Origin: Candidatus Heimdallarchaeota archaeon
GTDB taxonomy: Archaea; Asgardarchaeota; Heimdallarchaeia; Heimdallarchaeales; Kariarchaeaceae
Direction of reading: 5' to 3'
Assembly: GCA_030149205.1 (NCBI GenBank)
Contig: JASBSB010000008.1
Span: forward strand, 1-32,000
DNA: 32,000 bases
A model generated the notes under the pieces. The model worked only from the letters and a program-made list of their open reading frames with translations. It did no database searches and had not been told where the DNA came from. Numbering within the stretch: position 1 is the stretch's first letter; each line of letters begins with the position of its first letter. Positions 16,225 through 25,372 of this stretch are shown here, piece by piece. The translations under genes were made by a program, and so were the position numbers.

Positions 16225-17562
16225 CTATGAATTTATCAATAATTTGATTACTTCTTTTCCGTTAGTAAGATTCTTAATTCTAATTCTCTCATTTTGGGAA
16301 TGAGCACTGTCAGATGCCTGCCCAACGGGTAACATAATAGCCTGAGCTTGAAACAGATTTTCCATAAAAGGAATTATTGGAATTGAACCACCTTCTCTAG
16401 TGTATACTGGAGAAATCCCCCACACTTGTTTTATTGCAGCTTCAGCGTTTTTATACAATGGGGTTTGAATATCTCCCAGCCACCAATCACCTGTACTGAG
16501 CACTGTAAACTTTAGTCTATTTGTTGAATTCAGGTCTTTAAATTTTTGTTCAATAAATTGTTTAAATTGAGAAGCAAGTACCTCAGGTTTTTGATCTGGA
16601 ACTGTTCGCACACTACACTTAGCTTCAACCCTTCTCGGAATCACTGTCTTCCCACCCTCACCAGAAAAGGCGTAACGAAACCCATGGATAGAGAAGTTAG
16701 GTTCTCTCCACCTCTTAATGAGGTGTTGTTTTACATCCTCAGTAGGAAGCTTAGAGACTCCTAACATTTTTTTGTATGTAGTTATATCAAACTCCACATT
16801 TTCATACAATTTGAGTTCTGCCTCTGATAATTCTCTAACCTCATCATAAATTCCAGGAACTATACTTTCACCTTTCGTGTTGATTAGTTGACTAAGTATA
16901 TTGATCAAGTCTGTCATCGGTTCTCTAACAGCCCCACCATGAATTCCAGAATGGAGATCTTGAATAAAACCATCAATTTCAATTAATATATATACTAACC
17001 CCCTAACACCATATGTTAGACAGGGTCTAGTGTCTGATAACCAATAATTATCTATCACAATTATGTTATCGATCCTTTGAAAGAAATCTTGAGAACTTTT
17101 TAACGCTTTTTCAAATCCTCCACTCCCACTCTCTTCTTCTCCTTCATAAATTAGATAAATATTGTTCTTCAACCCTTCAGATTGTATTAATTCTTTCAAT
17201 CCAAACAAAGTAGATACAATTGGTCCTTTATCATCTGTGGCTCCTCTTCCGTAGACAAATTCATCTCTAAATTCTGCTTTAAATGGTTCTGTAGACCAGC
17301 CATCCTCTTTATTTGCTGGTTGAACATCATAATGTCCATATATTGCATAGCTTGACCTTTGATGACCTACAATATATTTTGCAAGGATGATAGGATTGGT
17401 GTCACTTCCTGTTGGGACTACTTTAACTTCAAAACCGAGATCAAGGAGAAAAGATTTTATTATTTCATTAACTTTTAATGAATCTGACTTTCTGCTTTTA
17501 TCAGAACTTATAGAAGGGATATTAATAAGTTTAATCAGAAATTCAACAAGTTCATCTGACAT
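16225..17562 (-). CDS. M20 family metallo-dipeptidase (CNDP2/Dug1-like)
   Basis: YGHYDVQP, GRGATDDKGP, EGEEESGS, DNYW, DLHSG, REGGSIP and AHSQNE. Confidence 0.92.
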   Translation of the reverse strand: MSDELVEFLIKLINIPSISSDKSRKSDSLKVNEIIKSFLLDLGFEVKVVPTGSDTNPIILAKYIVGHQRSSYAIYGHYDVQPANKEDGWSTEPFKAEFRDEFVYGRGATDDKGPIVSTLFGLKELIQSEGLKNNIYLIYEGEEESGSGGFEKALKSSQDFFQRIDNIIVIDNYWLSDTRPCLTYGVRGLVYILIEIDGFIQDLHSGIHGGAVREPMTDLINILSQLINTKGESIVPGIYDEVRELSEAELKLYENVEFDITTYKKMLGVSKLPTEDVKQHLIKRWREPNFSIHGFRYAFSGEGGKTVIPRRVEAKCSVRTVPDQKPEVLASQFKQFIEQKFKDLNSTNRLKFTVLSTGDWWLGDIQTPLYKNAEAAIKQVWGISPVYTREGGSIPIIPFMENLFQAQAIMLPVGQASDSAHSQNERIRIKNLTNGKEVIKLLINS

Positions 17563-17680
17563 GATAAGTCAACGATTTCTAAGTTATTTAATAAATTAGT
17601 TTTTTTTTAGTAAAATTGTTCTGTTTTATTGTATGAGATTGATTTATTTTGATTGAGATCAGGTGAATAATTCTCCAATT

Positions 17681-18418
17681 TTAAATTCCACTTACGTGAA
17701 CTAAACTTCCGAGACCATAACTGAAACCTGCACCTACTAAAGCAATTAGAAGATTTTCAGCTCCCGCTACCCAGAGGTTTGTCTTAGTCATTAATGTTTT
17801 AGCTGCTCCCACGGAGAATGCAAATATCATCGCAATAATTGAGGCAATTAGAAACCCAGTCAAAGGATCGTTAGGGAAAAAGAAAAATGGAATAATTGAA
17901 GGTACAGCTCCTAGTACAAACAGCCATGCAACAGTTAACATAGCTTTCATTGGACTTCTTCTTTCATCCTCTTTTATGCCAAATTCAAAAGCCATCATTA
18001 CCTTCATGATAGAATCATCATCCTGACTGACTTGATCTACTACATCATGAAGGGTCTGTCCCTTTACACCAATATCGGAGAACATTTCAAATAATTCTTC
18101 AATTTCATGGTCACGATAGTATTTTAGATGTTCCCTTTCCATCTTTAAATCTGCATCATAAACCTCTTCTTGACTTTTAGTACTGATAAATTCCCCAGCC
18201 ATCATTGAAATAGCTCCTGCAATTGTTGCAATACTGGCTGTAAGAATAATAACAGAAGAGCTTGTGTTTGCTCCAACAATTCCTGCCACAAGAAGATAAA
18301 CTGAGACAAGTCCATCATTGACACCTAGAATGATATCTCGCATGTAATTTCTGAAGGAATTGTTATGTTCTTTAAATTCAGGTTTCACGATATCCTCTGA
18401 AACATTAACTTCTTTCAT
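17681..18418 (-). CDS. VIT1/CCC1 family Fe/Mn transporter
   Basis: RDIILGVNDGLVS, AGAISMMAGEFIS, Glu/His-rich cytosolic insert (EREHLKYYRDHEIEEL), and 5 TM segments. Confidence 0.9.
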   Translation of the reverse strand: MKEVNVSEDIVKPEFKEHNNSFRNYMRDIILGVNDGLVSVYLLVAGIVGANTSSSVIILTASIATIAGAISMMAGEFISTKSQEEVYDADLKMEREHLKYYRDHEIEELFEMFSDIGVKGQTLHDVVDQVSQDDDSIMKVMMAFEFGIKEDERRSPMKAMLTVAWLFVLGAVPSIIPFFFFPNDPLTGFLIASIIAMIFAFSVGAAKTLMTKTNLWVAGAENLLIALVGAGFSYGLGSLVHVSGI

Positions 18419-18477
18419 AAAATTTCAAACTAAACTTTTTAATTAAACCCTCACATTGTGTTAATCTAACAAATCTA

Positions 18478-20244
18478 CTAATTATTTGGAATTAAATAAT
18501 CTGAGGCAAGATTTAGGTGGAAAAAGGGTACTGACTCACCGTTTACTAACACCATAAAGTTAAGTAGTGAATTAAGATCAACCCTCTTGACTGAGTTTCG
18601 TTCATTAAATGAGTACCAACTAACTGGGTTTTTCTTCAGTATTTTTATTAGATTATCTTTATAGAGAGAAAACAGAGTTCGACGATGGTTCAAATTAAAT
18701 TCAGTTAATATTTCAAATATCTTTACAAACGATTCATCTATTTGATTAATTTTGGTTTCGAATGTAGCACCGTCCGAAACTAAAATTGAAAATAACCTCA
18801 GAAAATATACAGTGATTAACTCATTAGGTTTTGTTCTAAATTTTGAGAGTAGCTCTTCGTTCTGAAATTGCTCAAATGATACGTTTTCCTCAAGGTTACA
18901 AGATATAGCCAGAGTATAATAAGGCAGAAAAAAAAGTTTCATATCAGGTAACTCAGATATAAACTTAAGTACAACATTGGTTCTAAGCGGACTAAGAAAT
19001 AAATTGGGAGAGCCCTCGTATATAGCTTTTATAGCTAAGAGTTTAACCAAATAGCTGTATATAGAAAAGATCTCAGACATCCTAATTGATTCGGAGAGAT
19101 TATGAATACTATTATGGAAATAATTATAATATTGAGAAATAGCTTTTAATCCTATATCCAAAAGGGTCTCGATTTCAAGGATGAATGTTATTGGAACACT
19201 AAATACATCATTAATATCTTCATTTGAATCAATCAAGGCTGAAATTAATGTGTAGTATTGATCAAAGAAATGGGAATACAAAGTGATCGGTTTAAAATAT
19301 TTCAAATTTTCTTGGAGATATTTGTTAACAGATGTAAGACCAGGATTTTTCTTTAATTGTCCTTGAATTGCATTGTTAAACTTGTCAATAACAGATTCAG
19401 CTTCTAACCTAATTTTATGGTAGGAATTTGCATTATATCTCGTTATTTTTAGGATCCGGTAGTATTCACTCCCAAGATCCCCTTCGTTTATCTGTATAAG
19501 GTCAAGCAGAAAAGCCATTATCGTAGGGATAAAGAAAAACTGTTCAAATAGAATTTTAATAAGTTCGTCATGTGCGTATATTGATTGATTTGTAAGGATT
19601 TCTTTTATATCAACCATTCGTAACAATTCGAAAAGTGTATTTGTGGTTTTGAGGATCTTATTACTCCAGTCAATTAGATCATCATTTGTTATCAATCCTA
19701 TATTGTTAATAAGACTTGTATAAACCTCAATTGACCCATTATACGCTTGAGACAAAGTGATAAAAAGTTGGAGGTATGCATTTGTGTTTGATTTATCAAA
19801 GTAACGGAATTCTTCAAGGGAAACATCCGGAATATCTCCCAGAAAAATTAAACTAAGAAGTTCTGCGGTGAGATAATTTCTTATTAAATCCCACCCATAT
19901 GCCAGTTTGATTATTGTTATTCTTAACTTGTTTGCGAGGACAGTCATTTTAATTTTCGACTGATTTAATTCTAGTGTTGTTGAAACCAAATTTTGCATCA
20001 TAGAGAATTTTTCAAGAGACTCAGAGTAAGCTTCAATTTTTTTGACTTTATCAATCATGGTATCAGACTGTATCTCAAGAATTAACTGACTTATACCTTC
20101 TAATTTCCCATTTAAAACAAGCTTGATTCTCCTTGTCCCAGAATTTACATTTCTCAACTCAGACTGTATAAATGAATTTGTTTCGTTTAATAGGTCTTGT
20201 AACTCAGTGATTGTCCCCACTAACTTACTATGTTTTGATGACAT
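18478..20244 (-). CDS. Large all-alpha hypothetical protein (588 aa)
   Basis: Long uninterrupted ORF with Leu/Ile-rich amphipathic helical pattern and no recognisable catalytic motif. Confidence 0.75.
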   Translation of the reverse strand: MSSKHSKLVGTITELQDLLNETNSFIQSELRNVNSGTRRIKLVLNGKLEGISQLILEIQSDTMIDKVKKIEAYSESLEKFSMMQNLVSTTLELNQSKIKMTVLANKLRITIIKLAYGWDLIRNYLTAELLSLIFLGDIPDVSLEEFRYFDKSNTNAYLQLFITLSQAYNGSIEVYTSLINNIGLITNDDLIDWSNKILKTTNTLFELLRMVDIKEILTNQSIYAHDELIKILFEQFFFIPTIMAFLLDLIQINEGDLGSEYYRILKITRYNANSYHKIRLEAESVIDKFNNAIQGQLKKNPGLTSVNKYLQENLKYFKPITLYSHFFDQYYTLISALIDSNEDINDVFSVPITFILEIETLLDIGLKAISQYYNYFHNSIHNLSESIRMSEIFSIYSYLVKLLAIKAIYEGSPNLFLSPLRTNVVLKFISELPDMKLFFLPYYTLAISCNLEENVSFEQFQNEELLSKFRTKPNELITVYFLRLFSILVSDGATFETKINQIDESFVKIFEILTEFNLNHRRTLFSLYKDNLIKILKKNPVSWYSFNERNSVKRVDLNSLLNFMVLVNGESVPFFHLNLASDYLIPNN

Positions 20245-20603
20245 TTAATTTTTTGCCATAACATACAGTGAATTGTAAGAAATATAATAATTTATACGTT
20301 ATATTTTTGAATGATATAAAATTAATTTCATGTATTTTAAATACTAACCTGATAATTTGTTCTTGCTTATATAGAATTCCTCTAAAATTAATTTGCAAAC
20401 TAACTACTTCAAAATTAAATTATGAAAATTCCAATCCATAACTCTGAAATAATTAAATCAATGGTTATACACATAACATTACTTAGAAGACCTGCATTAC
20501 ATTTAGTCAATTTATAAATTTTAAAAAATTTCGATTAAAAATCAATCAGCAAAAGAAGCGAAATAAGGATAATTATTAAAGCCATAGGATTAATTAAATT
20601 AAA

Positions 20604-21686
20604 ATGGAACACTCCGAAGATACTATAATTTCAAGTCGAAAGGAAGATCATGTAAATCTGGCATTAACAGCTGATGTTACTGTCAAATCAAAATCAAATG
20701 GATTTGAGGAGTTTGATATAGTTCCAACCGCTATTCCAGATATAAATTTTGATGAGATTCAATTGGATGTTGAATTTTTAGGACAAAAATTTTCTGCTCC
20801 CGTGCTCATTGCTGGGATGACTGGAGGTTACGACAACGCAGAAAAAATAAATAACTCCCTTGCAAAAGTTGCAGAGGACCTAAATATTCCATTTGGAGTT
20901 GGTAGTCAACGTGCAATGATAAAAAACCCTTCTATGACCAAAACCTACTCTGTTAAAGATAGTAATCCGAATGTTTATCTAATCGGCAACTTAGGTCTGG
21001 TTCAATTTTCATATGATTTTACAATCGAGGATTATTTCACTGCACAGGATAAAATTAAAGCAGATGCCATGGCTATTCATGTCAACCCCTTTCAAGAACT
21101 CTGTCAACCTGAAGGTGACTTAAATTGGGAAGGAGCATGGACGAATTTGAAGAAAATTTGCAATGAATCTAAAGTTCCAGTGATAGTTAAAGAGGTGGGA
21201 ACTGGGATTTCTGGAATAGAAATTTCAAGGCTTGAAAAAATTGGGTGTTCTGCCATTGATGTGGGTGGTGCTGGAGGAACCAGTTGGCCAAAATTAGAGC
21301 TATATAGGAATAATCTTCCAAATTCTCTTCCAATGGATGATCCAACATTAAACTGGGGTATCCCTACAGCTTATGCAACTTGGGAGGCAACAGCTGAGAC
21401 TTCAGTTCCGATCATCTCCACAGGTGGAATGTATCATGGGTTGATGGCAGCAAAAGCTATAACGATGGGTTCCCACATGGTAGGAATTGCAAGACCAGTC
21501 CTCCAAGCATTAACTACTGATGGCATTGATGGAGCGAAAAAGTGGCTTGAACGCTATATCCTTGATATCAAAAGAGTCATGTTCTTAATGGGTATTGACA
21601 ATATTGAAAAGTTAAGACAGCAAAAACATCGTGTGATACCACATGGTAAGGCGAGAGAGTGGTTATTGCGTAGAAATTATTTGTAA
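20604..21686 (+). CDS. fni: Type 2 isopentenyl-diphosphate delta-isomerase (FMN-dependent)
   Basis: RKEDHV, GMTGG, GVGSQR, IHVNPFQELCQPEGD, PVIVKEVGTG, DVGGAGGTSW and WGIPT. Confidence 0.96.
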   Translation: MEHSEDTIISSRKEDHVNLALTADVTVKSKSNGFEEFDIVPTAIPDINFDEIQLDVEFLGQKFSAPVLIAGMTGGYDNAEKINNSLAKVAEDLNIPFGVGSQRAMIKNPSMTKTYSVKDSNPNVYLIGNLGLVQFSYDFTIEDYFTAQDKIKADAMAIHVNPFQELCQPEGDLNWEGAWTNLKKICNESKVPVIVKEVGTGISGIEISRLEKIGCSAIDVGGAGGTSWPKLELYRNNLPNSLPMDDPTLNWGIPTAYATWEATAETSVPIISTGGMYHGLMAAKAITMGSHMVGIARPVLQALTTDGIDGAKKWLERYILDIKRVMFLMGIDNIEKLRQQKHRVIPHGKAREWLLRRNYL

Positions 21687-21753
21687 TTGTATCTCAAGAT
21701 ATACTAATTTCAAATTTCTATAAGTTGAGGCTGATTTAGTGTTATGAATGCAA

Positions 21754-22110
21754 TCAGGCCAAAGTATCCAAATTTGTCATTTTTGAAACTAATTCAAAAA
21801 GTTGGACAATTAATTTCTTCTCATCAGAACTGACTACACCATCATTAAAAACCTCAGAAGAGGCATCTTGGACAATTCTTTTTTCTATCATATGGAGTAT
21901 TTCAAGGTTCTCTCCAGTAATTTCATTATGCTGTAGAATCTGCATTATTTCTGCTTGTAACAAAGAAACATTTTTTTCGATCGTACTTAACAACGATAGC
22001 TCTTCCTCTGTGATTTTCCCATCTTCATTTGCTACCTCACTCAGAGTTTGCAGAAGCTCTTTAGATATATCTAGTTTTGTATTGAGAAATATTTTTAAAT
22101 CTTCATCCAT
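21754..22110 (-). CDS. Small acidic helical protein with TerB-like repeats (paralog 3)
   Basis: ANEDGKITEEE, HNEITGEN and FNDGVVSSDE at ~30-residue spacing. Confidence 0.75.
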   Translation of the reverse strand: MDEDLKIFLNTKLDISKELLQTLSEVANEDGKITEEELSLLSTIEKNVSLLQAEIMQILQHNEITGENLEILHMIEKRIVQDASSEVFNDGVVSSDEKKLIVQLFELVSKMTNLDTLA

Positions 22111-22147
22111 AATACACCTTGAAATTCCTAATTAATAGTTTTATTCG

Positions 22148-22954
22148 TTATCTTATGATTAAATTCACACTTTTAAGCATGGTTTTTTCGAGCTCTAACA
22201 AATGTCTCCATTTCCCAGTTTGTGTCCAAACGGTATCTGCAAAAAGCTGAGTGGCAAAACTATCTGACACATCCTTCAGTGGTAAGAAATTTGGAAGCAT
22301 GTCAACCGACTGATTCAGCAATTTTGAAATTTTATTAACTATGTTCTCTTTGAATTGGGAATATTCAAAATTTTTCAAATTCTTGGTTTGTGAGTAACGG
22401 CTTAATCTTCGATTATTTCGATTTGAAGTTTTTACTAATAATGATTGTTCCAGTTGCGTAAGATTTGTATCGAGAAGTAAAGTCAAATGAAAAAGGTAAA
22501 AGTTTTGAAATTTATATGAGGCACCACCAGATATTTTTTTTCCATCCACAAATATATTTGTATTATCTCTAATCTCAATCTCACTTGATCCAGTTGGTAG
22601 AAATTCAAGTACCAAATTTATAAAAAATCGGTTTAAGTTTGAAATTGTAGGTTTGAGTGGAAGTGCCTTGATATTAAATAAGAACGAGAGATTCATTGTA
22701 CCCTTATCTTCAAAGACTGCACCTCCCCCAGAAAATCTCCTTAAAACCTTGATTTGATTTTGATTGCAATAATCCAGATTAACTTCCTTTAAAAGATCCT
22801 GACCTCGACCGATAATTACACAGGGATTGTTCACCCAAAACCTGAGAAGACCAGGTGAATTATATCTTTCTAATAACCTTGATTTAACAAGGAGATATTC
22901 CAAAGTCATATTTTTATATGGATCTGTTTCTTTTGACTCAAGAAGGAATATCAT
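22148..22954 (-). CDS. lplA: Lipoate-protein ligase A catalytic domain (no C-terminal LplB-like domain)
   Basis: VIIGRGQ, RRFSGGGAVFED, DGKKISG and FHLTLL. Confidence 0.88.
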   Translation of the reverse strand: MIFLLESKETDPYKNMTLEYLLVKSRLLERYNSPGLLRFWVNNPCVIIGRGQDLLKEVNLDYCNQNQIKVLRRFSGGGAVFEDKGTMNLSFLFNIKALPLKPTISNLNRFFINLVLEFLPTGSSEIEIRDNTNIFVDGKKISGGASYKFQNFYLFHLTLLLDTNLTQLEQSLLVKTSNRNNRRLSRYSQTKNLKNFEYSQFKENIVNKISKLLNQSVDMLPNFLPLKDVSDSFATQLFADTVWTQTGKWRHLLELEKTMLKSVNLIIR

Positions 22955-23147
22955 TAAATTTTGAACTATCCCCTAAATATATCTATTAAGATAAATTTCT
23001 GAAATCATTTTCTTAAATTGGATTAAATTTTCTCTCGTTTTCACAACTATTTTGGAAGCAATTTAATTGACCATTTTTATAAATATGCAGACCTCTAGAG
23101 TTATCCTTTTTCTTAATTTATTTAAAAGAGGAAAATTCTCTTTAGAA

Positions 23148-24011
23148 GTGGATCCTTTAGTACTCATATTTATTTTCGTCGCTGGACTTATATTTGGCAC
23201 AATCGCACCAATGGTTGGTATTGGTGGCGGATTGCTTAATGTCCCCTTCTTAATCTTTCTAATTGGGATATCACCCAGTTCAGATGCTACATTAATTTCC
23301 AGTATTGCTGTTCTTTTTACATCATTAAGCGCATCTATAACATATATACGTCAAAAACGGGTTGATATTAGAACAGGGTTAATTTTTGCAGCTTTTGCTG
23401 TTCCAGGGGGTGTCTTAGGGGGATTTTTAGCTCAGAGAGTAGTAACTGATAGTGATGTTATCAAACTCCTCTTTGCAGTTTTAATTGGACTCTCAGCGAT
23501 ATATAATATTGCAAAAGCCTATAGAAGGTCAAAAAAACCTGTCGAAGAAATTGTTCATCATAAAAAAGGAAGGTTTGTTGTCAAGCGAAAGGTAGTAGAT
23601 AGTGATGGTGACACAATTGAATACGAGGCGAACTTAGGGATTGGTGTCCTGTTCAGTTTTGTTGGTGGAATTCTAGCAGGAATGCTGGGTGTAGGGGGAG
23701 GTATTATCTATGTTCCAACTCTTTACAATTTTGTGGGTGTGCCTTTTCATTTTGCTGCTTCCACTTCATCCTTCATAATAGTGTTTGCAGTAGCTTTTGT
23801 ATTAATTACCAGACTCTCTCTTTATTCAGGTAACTACCTGACTCTATTTACGTACGCTTTACCTTTGGCAGTAGGCGCTGTTATCGGAGCCAGATTTGGT
23901 GCATCAAAGGCTAAAAAAATTAGTTCTACAAAATTAATTATTGCATTTTGGTCACTTGCCCTTTTTGCAGCGATTAGAATGGGTTACACACCTTTCTTAC
24001 ACCTGTTCTAA
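23148..24011 (+). CDS. Sulfite exporter TauE/SafE family membrane protein
   Basis: GIGGGLLNVP and GMLGVGGGIIYVP repeated halves with many TM helices. Start probably GTG 23148 (ORF track 23067). Confidence 0.88.
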   Translation: MDPLVLIFIFVAGLIFGTIAPMVGIGGGLLNVPFLIFLIGISPSSDATLISSIAVLFTSLSASITYIRQKRVDIRTGLIFAAFAVPGGVLGGFLAQRVVTDSDVIKLLFAVLIGLSAIYNIAKAYRRSKKPVEEIVHHKKGRFVVKRKVVDSDGDTIEYEANLGIGVLFSFVGGILAGMLGVGGGIIYVPTLYNFVGVPFHFAASTSSFIIVFAVAFVLITRLSLYSGNYLTLFTYALPLAVGAVIGARFGASKAKKISSTKLIIAFWSLALFAAIRMGYTPFLHLF

Positions 24012-24093
24012 TGTTTTGATCTCAAAATTGTTGTCTAAATTTAACTCAAAGATTCAGTCTCATGCTATTATATTCCAAAGATTGAATCTGTGA

Positions 24094-24786
24094 TTAAAAT
24101 ATTGTTTTTTTAGGTTTCGTGTAATCGAATCTTACGTTAAATTTCTCAGCATACTTACAGTTTGATTCCAGACCATGGTTTCGTCTTCTGATAGTCAACC
24201 AATCTTTAAATTCTTTCCAATCATAAATTTCAGCATAAAACTGATAGGCTTCCATAACCTTGCTGAAATTATCGGTAATGTCTATGTATTTAGTTTTACT
24301 CAGATTTTCAGGTTCATAATAACTTAAGAATTGTACATTTTTTCGATGTGGCTCCATTTCAATAATTTTTGTGATTCTGGCAAATTTGATCGCTTCAAGG
24401 GCCATAATACCTGTATTCTTGTGATCACTGTCAGAATTATTAAATCCCCAAGTTAGTATAGCGTCTGGTTTTTCTTTTGCATAGAATTTTGCCAAACTGA
24501 GACGCTGTTCTCTGCTGTTTTCAATATGACCATCTTTCATTCCTAGGATTACAGATTCATTGGCTCCAACAATCTTAGAAATTTCTTGTGTATGTCGCTC
24601 TCTCTCCCTTTTGATTTCTGTCGATGATAACTCAGGAAGGAGAGTTGTGAGCTCACCATAAGTTGTCCAAGCCATTAAGACATTATCACCTGCATCTACA
24701 TGATTTGCAAGAGTTCCAATGACACCTAACTCATCATCAGGATGAGCAAACACTGAAATTATAGTTTTCTTTTCTGAATCTGCCAT
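24094..24786 (-). CDS. PIG-L/LmbE family N-acetyl-sugar deacetylase
   Basis: FAHPDDE, TTYGE, R..H...I..IVGA, LGMKDG and AEKF. Confidence 0.88.
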   Translation of the reverse strand: MADSEKKTIISVFAHPDDELGVIGTLANHVDAGDNVLMAWTTYGELTTLLPELSSTEIKRERERHTQEISKIVGANESVILGMKDGHIENSREQRLSLAKFYAKEKPDAILTWGFNNSDSDHKNTGIMALEAIKFARITKIIEMEPHRKNVQFLSYYEPENLSKTKYIDITDNFSKVMEAYQFYAEIYDWKEFKDWLTIRRRNHGLESNCKYAEKFNVRFDYTKPKKTIF

Positions 24787-24883
24787 AGCTTACAATTAAT
24801 TTAATCTTAAAAAGAAAAATTATTGGGGCAATCCATTCCAATAGATTATTTCATAATATAGGTTAATAGCCGATTGAAGGTTC

Positions 24884-25372
24884 TTAATCATCCTCAATTG
24901 GTTCAAGCTCAATTAATTGATCACCAACATTTACCTGTTCATTAAGAACACACCGAATTTTGATAATTTTAGACTTTACCTTTGATTTTATTTCATTCTC
25001 CATTTTCATCGCCGATAACATCAATATTGTTTGTCCTTTTTCTACCAGATTTCCTTCTTCTACATTTATCTCCGTGACAACTCCTGAAATCGGGGCAGCC
25101 ACAAATTTTTCAGAATCTGTCTTTTCAAAGTTTAACAAAGTTTGAGGTTTTACATTGACATCTACTGTATAGAGGCCTAGATGGACTCGATATAAATTGT
25201 TCCCTAAATCAATTACTCGATTGATTTGATGCTCTCCCTTGGGAGAAATAACAACTAAACTCTTCTTCAGTTGTTTTAGTACATAAGGAACATCAGAAAT
25301 TTTAACCTCTCCGTTCAATTTTGAGACCTGATATTCTAGTTCACTTAATTCATTTTTGACAGTAAACTTCAA
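24884..25372 (-). CDS. accB: Biotin carboxyl carrier protein
   Basis: APISGVV...GQTILMLSAMKMENEI (AMKM biotinylation site). TTG start overlaps the accC stop (TTGA), 8 nt after GGAGGT. ORF track start 25408 is probably too long. Confidence 0.88.
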   Translation of the reverse strand: MKFTVKNELSELEYQVSKLNGEVKISDVPYVLKQLKKSLVVISPKGEHQINRVIDLGNNLYRVHLGLYTVDVNVKPQTLLNFEKTDSEKFVAAPISGVVTEINVEEGNLVEKGQTILMLSAMKMENEIKSKVKSKIIKIRCVLNEQVNVGDQLIELEPIEDD

